This document shows positions 1-11,300 of a DNA stretch of 64,000 bases, piece after piece. Source of the stretch: Pocillopora damicornis (lineage: Eukaryota); the NCBI RefSeq assembly GCF_003704095.1, contig NW_020846109.1, positions 372,001-436,000 on the forward strand, in the 5' to 3' direction. Each line of letters begins with the position of its first letter. The stretch's first letter is position 1. A model generated the notes under the pieces. The model did no database searches. It was not told where the DNA came from and was given only the letters and a program-made list of their open reading frames with translations. The translations under genes were made by a program, and so were the position numbers.

Positions 1-2
1 GT

Positions 3-1205
3 TGCGATCCTCAAACCCTTCTTCTGATCTCACTGGACGGATTCCGCTGGGATTTTGCAAGCAAGGCGAAAACTCCTAACCTGGATATGCTGGTAAAAAC
101 AGGCGTCACAGTGCCTTATGTTAGATCTGTTTTTCCGACAGTCACTTATGCAGGGCATCATAGCATAGTAACCGGCTTATACCCAGAAAGTCACGGAATA
201 GTCAGCAATACCATGTACGATCCAGTTCTTAAGGAGTGGTTTGGGGCATCTCAGACAGATCCACGATGGTGGAATGCAGCAGAGCCCATTTGGGTAACGA
301 ACCAGAGACACAAAGGAAGAAGTGGATTGCTTTACTGGCTAGGGGAACGCGTCAAAATAAAGGGAATGTATCCTAAATACAAAATTGATTCTGCCTCGCC
401 ACATATTGACTTCACGAACAGCACAGGGAAGGTAATGAGCTTTGAAAAACGCGTGGAGAAACTAATTAGCTGGTTGACTGGTCCAAAACCGCCGAATTTT
501 GTGGCTGCTTACTTTGAAGAACCAGACAAAACTTGTCATCACAAAGGGTGGCCAGATCTACCTCTTGCTATACAGCGAGTGGATAAAACCATCGGCTTGG
601 TCGTGCAAGGTTTAAAAAAACATCATCTGTTCGATAAAGTTAACATCATAGTCACAGCGGATCATGGCATGGCTAACACGTCATGCGACAAAGTGATTGA
701 TCTCGACAAGTACGTCAACCCAGACAACTTTGAGTTTTGGGATTCCTGGTTTAATATGATGCTTGCGCCGAAAGCTGGCAAGACAGAGGAGGTGTACGAG
801 CGGCTAAAAAATGTCTCACATTTGCACGTTTATCACAAGAAAGACGTTCCCATGGATTTACACTGCAGAAATAATCAACGCATTTCACCGCTTGTGCTCA
901 TTCCATCAGAGGGCTGGCTTGTGAGTTCCAGAAAGGGCAGGCTTATAAAAATCTCAAAGGACATGCACTGGGTAGAACTTAACCACGGTATTAGTTGCAA
1001 ATGCAAGTCAATGTCTACTTCTTTTATTGCGCACGGGCCCGCATTCAAAGTCAATTTCACAGGCAAACCGTTTGAATCGGTCAGCATATACCCACTAATG
1101 TGCAAGATCTTGGGAATTCCCCCACAGCGGAATAATGGTAGTTTAGATGAGACTAGAGATTTATTAAGGCCCAAAGTGTTGTCAAATAATAACGTAAAAA
1201 TGTGA
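3..1205 (+). CDS. Ectonucleotide pyrophosphatase/phosphodiesterase (ENPP4/5/6-like), 5'-truncated by the window edge; no introns in the visible part
   Basis: Frame is open from position 3 (CDPQTLLLISLDGFRWD...). Motifs: LISLDGFR, FPTVT (catalytic Thr), TGLYPESHG, EEPDxxxH, ADHGM, NHG, FIAHGPAFK. No C-terminal hydrophobic anchor before the TGA ending at 1205. Confidence 0.93.
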   Translation, partial: CDPQTLLLISLDGFRWDFASKAKTPNLDMLVKTGVTVPYVRSVFPTVTYAGHHSIVTGLYPESHGIVSNTMYDPVLKEWFGASQTDPRWWNAAEPIWVTNQRHKGRSGLLYWLGERVKIKGMYPKYKIDSASPHIDFTNSTGKVMSFEKRVEKLISWLTGPKPPNFVAAYFEEPDKTCHHKGWPDLPLAIQRVDKTIGLVVQGLKKHHLFDKVNIIVTADHGMANTSCDKVIDLDKYVNPDNFEFWDSWFNMMLAPKAGKTEEVYERLKNVSHLHVYHKKDVPMDLHCRNNQRISPLVLIPSEGWLVSSRKGRLIKISKDMHWVELNHGISCKCKSMSTSFIAHGPAFKVNFTGKPFESVSIYPLMCKILGIPPQRNNGSLDETRDLLRPKVLSNNNVKM

Positions 1206-2077
1206 GGGTTTCTCCAATCATTTGCAGTCCATATTTAACGCTGTGCAAACCTACCCCGGAGGTGGGGCTGGCGTATTTATTTGTAGGCATTAAAAAAAGA
1301 GGCAGTGAAAATAGGGAGGGGTTGAACGCCCTTGAGTTGCTCACAGTCGGGGTTAAACATCAGAGATGCAGCGGAGCGACAACTTAAGAAAGTTTGGGAA
1401 AGCGCTAATTGATCATTTTTCCTTTCCTCTCCTTCTCATTGTTTTACGATCGAGAGCCCGACACACTAATGCTACGACAGAAGAAATTCTTCATAATGTG
1501 GCCCTGCGTCAAGCAATACCGTCTCCGTTCATCGGAAAGCCCACATAATTAAAAGCTTTCACATACACTTGTCAAGGATAGGGGGATTACTAGCAACTTG
1601 AAGCTCCAAAACGTGGGAGAGGGAGAGGGAGGGGGAGGGGGCACCTATTATAGCGTTATGACTCGACTCGGCTCCAATCTCCTATGACAAGAATTAGATT
1701 TTACTGTTAGATGAGGTCATAGCATAGCGCTCCAATAGTAGATGGATGCAAAGAGCAACAAACAAAACAACCACAAGATCAAAATTAATGCAGCTTTAAT
1801 ATGAGGTACTCTTCCATGTTATTCCTATTTGCAGTATAGCGGTGCTTAGATCACCGAACCGAGGTAACTAACTCTTTAGAAAGCAACAAATTCTGCAGTG
1901 AATAAGACAAACCAGTCTTGTAATATTAAGCTCTTTAACCCAACACAAGGCCTTTTTAATTTTGCATAAAAACGAGTGTGTGTGCAGTTTAACGTAGGTT
2001 AACCTTACTTCAAACATTTTTCAAGCCACCAACTTGTTTTGGACAACAACTTAAACCAGACCCTGGAAAAAGTTTCC

Positions 2078-2125
2078 AGTGTCAGCTAATACTAAAATGA
2101 AAGTGTCAGCTAATACTAAGATGAA
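2078..2125 (+). repeat. 24-bp tandem duplication
   Basis: AGTGTCAGCTAATACTAAAATGAA / AGTGTCAGCTAATACTAAGATGAA. Confidence 0.9.
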
Positions 2126-2835
2126 AGTTACGGACGGAGCGACTGTTTCAACGACCTCTGAATATAATGAAAAATCCTCTAAACTACAACGCAAAGCAAT
2201 TATGAATAAGGAGACAGAGAATAAAACAAAACAAACATTACCAAAAATAATATAAAAGTAGTTCTTTCAAACCCAATGTTAGCAACAAGTTCTCTAAGAT
2301 GACCTGAGATGTTGTCCCTCACAACATGAGAGCTTTCCGAATCTCTCTCTCCCTCTCTCTTTCTGCCGCTGAGGCTTTTTCGAAGATGTCCGCTGAACAC
2401 GATAAGTGCAGGCTGGCACGTTCCAATTGCACTCACACTTATCAAACTTCCGTGGATGTATCTTTAAAAAGCTTCTATCTTCAAGAACGTTACATTTAAA
2501 GTTGTCAAAAGAAAAAACCCTCGTGGTTGAATAACGTTCACTAGTAATGAAATCTATAGTCGCAACAAATTGAAAATCCATTTATAAGAAATATAATAAG
2601 AAAAAGGTGTCAAAATCTTAAAATAACACTTGTGGACAACAGGGAATAAAATTTAATGCGTGCAGAAATTCCGAACAATTCATGGTAAACTCAACTAAAT
2701 CGTGGCATCGCCATTTCAACATGAACGTTGCGTCTTATAACAGTATTTTTTTTTCTTTTTTTCGTTTTTGGAAAATTAATTAAATAAAATCAGATGTCAT
2801 GGTTGTTGCTGGCGACTTTTTCGTTATTTGGTAGC

Positions 2836-2959
2836 AGTCTCGTTCCCAGGCAGTCTCTTCCTCTTATTTCCTTAGATACACGTGACCAGGCCGAAACTCC
2901 CATTCCCTGAAACACACGCCCTAAGGGTAACGCGGAAGAGTGAGTCTGGGTACGAGCTT
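2836..2959. mobile_element. Palindromic MITE (AGTCTCGTTCCCAG...CTGGGTACGAGCT)
   Basis: Imperfect inverted arms including CTCTTCC/GGAAGAG and CCTTAG/CTAAGG. Confidence 0.58.
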
Positions 2960-5311
2960 GACTGGGCGGTTTGGTTGTCTTAGCGTTCGCATATAAATGA
3001 ATCAAATAACAATTCGTTATACCAAACTCCACTAAAATATGTTTTGGTAATTTTAAGTTCATAATATTTGTCTTCTACTTTGTGGTGTTAAATGGGGATA
3101 TTTGCCTCTCTCTTTTCTTAAATTCTATAACCTATAATATGTACAACGTTATTGAAAGTTGACCTCTATGAGTGATTGAACATGTGCGACGAATTATATT
3201 AAAAACCTCTTTGACTCAGACCATGTAATTAAATTATTTCCAATTAAAAATTATGCATTCAGGACCCCGTACAAAAAGTCCGAAAGAACAAAAATTCAAT
3301 GTAAGCTTAACAATTCTGTATCTGACTCTTTTTATGTGGTTTGTTCACACATGTGTGGGATTCGATTATTTGAAATATTTCCTAACATCTTTCTCTCTCT
3401 CTTTTTAAATTGGAACAATTATTTTTCTGTCGGTCCACACAAAAATGTATGTCCTCTTTTTCCTTAGGAAATTAATTATAGTTTTGTTTCGCGGATGAGA
3501 ATTTTCATAATTTTCCGAGCGTTAAAGACATTAAGGTGGCTCTTTACAGTTTATGACGAACCGCCGTTGCTAGGAAACACAACTGATGAGAATCTGACCG
3601 GAAAAAAATAACTGTACGTTATAACAATATATTTTTTTCGCTAAGTACAAATTATTTGAAAAAATAAGGCAAATATAAAAGCAATTTCAATAAGTCTAAA
3701 ATTTCTTTAAAAGTCATTCGAGGTTAAATTGAATATGAATAAAAATTCTGATATTTTCCTTTAACGACCTCATGTTCCCCGTTGCTTCCTGCAAGGGTAG
3801 TTGCTGCACAGAACTGCAAAGAAAAAAGCTCTAACAAAAAAAAATCAGCGGTACCAAGGAGTATCTGATATTCATTGGAACATCAAAACACTAGAGACAA
3901 AAATATCAATTAAAAACATCTCTCGAGTGTGGCAAAAAAAAAGCAGTAGCCAAATATTCTAACCTAACCCTAATTTGCACTAGCCATTTACAAATTGAAG
4001 CTACTTCAAAAGAAGAAAAAGGCTCAAAATTTTGGGATCAAGTAAAAGGAATTACGCCCATAATCACCAAACGAGAACAGTATTAGTATTCAAATAAATT
4101 CTCCCCACTAATTAAAGAAGACATGTATGCAAATAGGTCAGGAGAATTTCCGTACTGATAACACAGTAAAAGTATTAAACAAGGGGGTGCGTACGCTGTG
4201 GAAAACATCTTAAATTATAAATACCGACTTGGTGTGTTTTAAGCTTACTAACAAATGTAAAATAAGACACCACTTGTGTGTTTGGTGTAAGGCATACACA
4301 TTTTACAAAACAACGCGTCGCATTTGCTACCTTAAAACCTGATAACAATTGTTGACGCACATGTCAAGGGAGAAGGTAAATTTATCTGAAAGCTGCCGCT
4401 TTTGAGATAAGGTGAACAAATTTTAACTACAAAAGTAGATCGTGCAGAGGAATCAATACTCCAAATACTGAGTCAAAGTATGAAAAAAACAACAACAAAA
4501 ACACAACTTATTCTCTCGAAAAGGAAAACATTTCCTTGAACAGTTGTCAACAATGTGTCAACAGTTTTGGGTAGCAATTACGGTTGCAATAAAATTCAGT
4601 GGAAAAATGTAAATTAGATGGAAAAAAAAGTTACCATAAGTAATAGATAACTTGTTTTTTAACGATATCATTTGCTCAGGAGCCTGTGAAGTTTGACTTC
4701 TCTCCACGAGTTAAGATTTAATATATCTATGATGTAGGAAAATTTTGTATATGTAGACAAAAGGAATCTTAGTTTAGACTCACTGCGCATACGAGTTTTG
4801 AAAAAATTACTCTAATATTCATGTTGTAAATATTTATGTAATATATTTATATATTTTGGGCTGGCATTTCAACCGCTCAACCTTGGGTTATTAAACGCTG
4901 GTTTTTACCAAGGCTTTCATCACCTCAGTGCATTCAATAAATTCTTAATGTAACGAGGGAAAATTATTAAACCTATAACTACAAATTTGAACCATAAACC
5001 TAATGCATGAAAAGGTGCCTTTAACTAACATTGTTATTCGAACTTTTACAACTTCTAAGCATGCTCATCACCAACTGTTCTGGGAGAGCGAAAACAAAGC
5101 AGTCGGCGAACGACAATACAACATTTTTGTTGACTTATAACGACCTAATGTATTTTTTTTAACTCTTCCCATTGATTAATAATTCATTTACCTGGGAGAT
5201 TTCTCTTCATTCGAAGTTGAATCTGTGTTTTCATTTGAAGTCCTTTTAAGCATCGTGAATTACCGCTTTACGTTATCACAGCTGGTTGATGCTGTGTGCC
5301 AGTCTCCCTCC

Positions 5312-8300
5312 CTAAAGACTGGTACCTGATAAATGCTCTGGACTCAGCCCATTCCTCTCGGAGTCACCGTTTAATTCCTTGACACCATTCGTCACAATGC
5401 TGATGGGGCTTCCCGCCATACATCGAGGGTGCACCGGCGAACCGATAGGTCCCAAAGGATTGGCACCATTGCTGACGGCGACTGCAGCCGCAGCAACTGC
5501 AGGAGCAACGGTCGGAGCCGTTGGAGATATTGAGGAGCTTGGGGAGAAGGCCAATTTCAGGGTATAGGATCCGCCTCCTAAGAACAACAAAATAAAGAAT
5601 GTTTGAACGAGTTTTCTTTTACACCATACAGTTTTCGACATAACCTTAACAAAAACTTCAAACACAACAAACCAAGGAAAATCCCCTCCTTTAAAACAAT
5701 TTGGTGAATGGGGCTTATAATGAAAATATGTTTTACCTCTACAAAAAGTTGTTTCGAAACTATAAATGGTGGGTTAAGGCAACCTTTACCAGGAGGAAAA
5801 AGTTCCATCCAATAATAAATTAAAATAAAATAAATAAATAAATAACCAAAGAGTTTTATCACCTCATCTAACCTGGATGGGACAAGGACTTGACTTTACT
5901 AATCCCTTTTTATTATACAGTGCACAATGCTAAGACCGTCTGTCATGATGACGACAGCGGAAAGTCACACCACGAAACACAAATCCTATACAAACCCATC
6001 CCGCGTGGGGTGGGCGGAGGGTAAGGGTCCCACAACCGCACAACTACCACTAAAAGTACAGTCTCCCCACCCAACGGAAGATCGTTTTAGGGGGGTCCAC
6101 ATGGTGCACTGAAGGGCGACTTAAGTTTGTTACCTGGTGGGTTTATGGTGAAGTGGTTAGTAAGAGTTAACGCTTCCATGGCTGAACGAATATCCGGCAT
6201 CTCCAGTAACCCCGCTGATGATTTGGCGTTCGCTAAAATTTGTACAAAAAATGAAGAAAAAAATATTTGTAAGTTGTTACTCTGCTTGGGTCTGTTACTA
6301 TAAATACAAGGAACAGTTGTTTTGACTCAAGTGAACGCGAGATTTTGAAAAATGTCGTCATTCCAGAGATCTTCCCCAACCCATTCCCGTGAAATCTTCA
6401 AAGAGCAATCTTCGAGTTACATCTGTTCACAATTCTGTGATAACCAACACTGGTGTGTGGGGGGGAAGAAAGGGTTGGTGGGGAGGGGAGGCTGGAGGTG
6501 CTGCAGCTTACTATGAAAGTTTTCTACCAAATTGGACGTTTCTCTTCCACATTTTGTCTCAGACTGTAGGTGTGGCAGGGTCAGGGTAAAAAGTTGTTCT
6601 TGAAAAGAAGACAGAGCTCAAGAGAGCATGTTTAAATACAATACCAATAACATCTTAACTGGTCTTGCCTTTTGAAAAGAAAGTGCCTTTCAGAGGAGAC
6701 AAAGATCCGGCAGTGATGAAGACCTGCAAATTAGATAAACCAATCAATTATTCCCAAAGACTGGCTAAGAGAACAGGGGCAAGGAGCGAGAAAAAGCTGA
6801 ATGAAACATGACCCCTTGCCAGATAGCAGGAAATGCTTCTTTAACCTTACTCCCAAAACGTTATCGGGCAAATCAGCTCATTGTAACGTATACCTGTTGC
6901 TAGAGACTCACAACAAATTTAACCCAGATAAGACTCGAGCTCTGTCTTAGAGTCGGAGGTTCGCTCACGCTTTGAGAGTTGGAAATTCTTGGGCAAATTT
7001 CGGCATCAGTGAACGAAAAGCTGTTCTCAAATAACTGGTAAATAATCTTTGTAGACTGACCTCCTTAAGCGTTTCCACAGTACAGTTTGGAGGGGCATTG
7101 AAGAAGTGAAGCATTCTTGTTGGTGGTTGGTATCCTAGTTACAAGTTAAGGAATTTACTAACTACCTTTTTATCTCAATGGACAAGAGACTTGTCACATC
7201 CCCAACAAACGACTTATAATATCGAATGCCCCTTTGCTATGAGTACGTTCCAAAGAAAGGAGTTTAAAGGGGACCTTTTCATCGGTAAGTTAAACCCACG
7301 CGTAATCAACTTCCAAATTGACGAATGCCCAGAATTCTGCATTAAAATAGGAGCTCACAGCAAAAACCCTTTAACCTGTGCCAAGCGCAGAAAAGAGCCG
7401 TAACTTCATCGCGAGTTAGTTTTGGTTGGTATCTGATTGTTTTGGAAAGAATCATTAGAGAATTTGAAAAGGATACTATTCTTGAGACTCTGACCCTCAG
7501 GAAGACTACGAATAAAACAAAGAAACAAAATTAGAGAAAGGTAAGGTAAAGTTGTACCCGAGTCAAGAGGACTACAAGGCGCAGCAGTCTACACGAGAAC
7601 AAAGGAAATGATCACCAACTAAAGAATCTCTTAATTGTTAAACAAGTTCTCCTTGTCAGCAACTTAAGAAATGTGTAGAGAACATGCATACTGATGTTAG
7701 GGTGCAAAGGATTCATACTCTTGTTTAGAGAGAAGCATAATGAGAGTTAAGGTGTCTTGCCCAGTAATACAACACAATGACCCGACCAGGTCTCGAACCA
7801 GGGCCTCTCGATACGGAGTTTAACGCGCTAACCATAAGCCAAACGCGTCACCTTATATGGGAATTGTGTAGCGGTATCAACTACTCATTCCTGTAAAGAA
7901 TATGAATCAAGTTCGCTGCTCTAGGTATTGTAGTCTCACGTTGAAGATTTTAATACTACTATCACATTTGGAAAGATATCATGTGAAGACTGAGCCTGCT
8001 GAAAGCTATTTTTATCTGCCAGTAGTCCGCAAGAATAAAAAAGTGAAAACTTACTATTTAAACCGGTTGTTTCGGTTGTCAGCAAAATTCATGGACGAAG
8101 GCGTACCATCGGGTAAAGTCGTCACCACCGATGAATCTGCTATGAAAGGATGCTTCGAAAATCTGCAAGTAGTACAAAAGTTGCATTAGGTACACCCTTT
8201 TTTTTTTTTTGAAAGTAGTGCACTCAAGACACTGCTTCATAGTATAGAGACTGATAAACAATTCTTATTGTGTCGTTGATCGTGTTGGAAAGCACTGGTG

Positions 8301-11300
8301 ATAGAAAAGTTTCACAACAAGCTTACATGATGTTGATTTTGGAATCGAAAAGCACGGCACCACTCAAGTTTCGGATGATCATTTCTGAAGCAACTTTGTC
8401 CGACATTTGTACCATGGCCGCTCCGAGTTTGTTGGTGAGGAATTTAACCTAAAAAACACAACCTTAAGTTTAGTTCAAGAAGTTTCTATTGTCTGCTTTT
8501 GAACCCTACATGGACGGCTTTTGCCATTCAACAAGTATACTTTTCCAGACTGAAAATTTGACCAAGTTGTAACACGAACATAACGCAGCCGACAAGGTAG
8601 CAATGCAAACCTACTATAGCACTTACTAGGTTGGAAAACGTTCTAAATATTCTGCAACACAGGTTAACCCAGACAAAACGCCTTGCTGGCTACAAGACAT
8701 TTAGCCAAGTAATTGAGTGCTATTTACGGAATAAGAGAGAACTTTAAACTTTTCCTTCAATTCAAACTTTACCTCTATTTTTGTTCACTAGCAAAAAGAA
8801 AATGACAACGTGTGTAGTTTTTGTTGAGTATGTACTCTGAATGGGTGGTTACGTCAGGATTTGATGGTAGAATCACCTGGTTTACCCCGATTACTAGACT
8901 CGTCATACCCCAAGGTTTCCTCGAAAAATTTGACTTTGAAACATTAGACACATTTTGAGCCACGTTTCCCACAATTTTATAACTTCATTTGCCATCTATT
9001 TACCTTGACGACGTTGCCATATAGACAAAACAAGTTAAAGATTCTCTCACAGTTCATTTTTTCAGCATTCAGTCCGTAAACCATCAACACACAGCCAGTA
9101 CCACCTTAAAACAGTTGGAATTTGTCAGTCTGAGTAATTAAAACTTAAATTTATAATTTAAGTGACCCTAAACATCATGCAAAGAAAATGGCCGTTGGAA
9201 AGTGGATTAAGACAGATTTGGCAAAGAGGAGGGTTTCAGCTAACAATTGTCAGGAAGCGTCTCACAAACCTGCGTTCAAAGCGCTAGAAATGCCATTCAT
9301 CTGTTGCTGCTGTTGGGCCAGGCCTGGTAGAGCTCCTAAGAGTCCACCCTGAGGTAACTGGTACGGCGAGCTTCCAAGAATACCCAACTTTTTCACTACA
9401 TTCTCCACAGGTGAGTTGCTACCTGATGTCACAGAGAAAGCAAATGTAGGTTCAGCAAACAATATTGTTGTAATTCTACGAATCAAGATTACGACAGCTT
9501 GTCGTTGCTATTTTAAATCTTCATTGTAACTGGTGACCACAGATATCTTGGGATTCAGTCCTCAAGCGATATCCACCCTCACTGCCAAAAGGAGAGGTAA
9601 CACAAGAGCATGAAACCCCACTCAGGCTTTAACTTACGACCAACTGAACTTAAATTGACATCATCAAAATCTTGAACTCATCTTACTCTGAGCAATCGTT
9701 ATTTGGAATCCTTCAAACACAATCCATCCTCACATTCGTTCATTTTAAAATGTGTTGACGCATTAAGTGTAAAAGGAAAAGACGAATAAGAAAAAATAAA
9801 TTCTATTGTCTAAATACCTGATGTTGGACTCTTAGGCGGGTTCCCATGAAGAGATGCAACTTTGGCTAGAATACCTGAGAAGTGAGAAGACAGTTGATTC
9901 CAATGAGTTGCCTCTTTTATTCACGCAATTCCTTATTTTAGTCGATATATAACAGCATCTGTCTATGTACCCCTAACAACAGACACAGAGGAGCATACAC
10001 AACAACCATTGTCTGGAAGAATCCTTTAAAATTAAAGTTATTGATGTGAAGGAGGCTCTGTTGAAAATTTTCCAGGGCTATTTAAGACGTATAAAATCAA
10101 ATCCAACCAGACTCAGACATTCAAATTCATGCTCCATGGATCTAGAATAACATCTCATGAGAACTCACAATGAAGGGTAAACAAGTCTGAGGATGGTTGA
10201 GGGAGATTACACTGACCATCCACGGACACTTGAGATATTTGGGCAGAATTGTACTTGATGCTCGACTCAGACATGTGAAAGTTCCCTATACATTGATCAC
10301 CTATGTGAGGCGTGGTCTAATAATACAATAAGTTATAAAATAAAATTAAATCAATCTCACTCTGTACAGTGGGAAACTGCGCTGCTCTTGCAATAGCCTC
10401 ATTACTGATGGAAATTGGTGATCCATTCACACCTGACGGAGAAATTTAATGACATGAGACCACTGAATGTGATGAACACGTACTGTTTTCCTTACTTATA
10501 CTTCCCCCAATATTAATATTCCTCCTTGAATCCATGACCCAATACCAAGACTTAAAAGGCCTGGGAAATGAATTATTGAATTAAAACTTTCAGAGATTTG
10601 CAGGAACCTTGACGTAACGGCAAATCATTAAACAAGACTCATGGCATGTGTACAATTGTTACTCAGTCATATTACCATTAAGAGTGACAGTGTTCGGTGG
10701 TGAACTTGACAACTGCGTCTCACTGGCATCATTTCCTGGAATCATAAAATGAATGAAAATTTCATTGTAAAATTAAAAGATTCAGTTACAATGTACTTGT
10801 AGCATGATAATGCATAAAGTGCAAATGAAAGTTCTGCCTCTGTTGGCATGTTTGTTTATGAAAAATAAAATGACACATCTTGTCATAATTTGTTACTACT
10901 AGTTTCCAGCTACTGTGAAAATCCTGCATAACCAAAGGAGGACAATACCATGATACTCATTGTAAAAGGGAGTATGGGAAAGGGAAGGTTCTTCTCCCTC
11001 AACATTATATAACCCCTTGTAAAACTGGCCCAGTATACATTCAATACTTGCAACAATGAGGGGGACTGGTAAAAAAGGTGAGAGAATATCCTGTCTTGCT
11101 TTGTCATCCCCAGGTTTCCTTTCAACTCATCATTCCCCTTTTCTTTAGGACTTTAGGATGGGGGGTGAGGGGTGATTACTTACTTCTAAAGCCTCTCAAC
11201 CCAAAGATTTTTTGACCCTTGAAGTTCTTGTTTTCTCTTTTCCTCTATTTGTTTTACTAATTTTTTCCTCACTCTTTCCCTAAATTGTTTCCTCCGTGCT

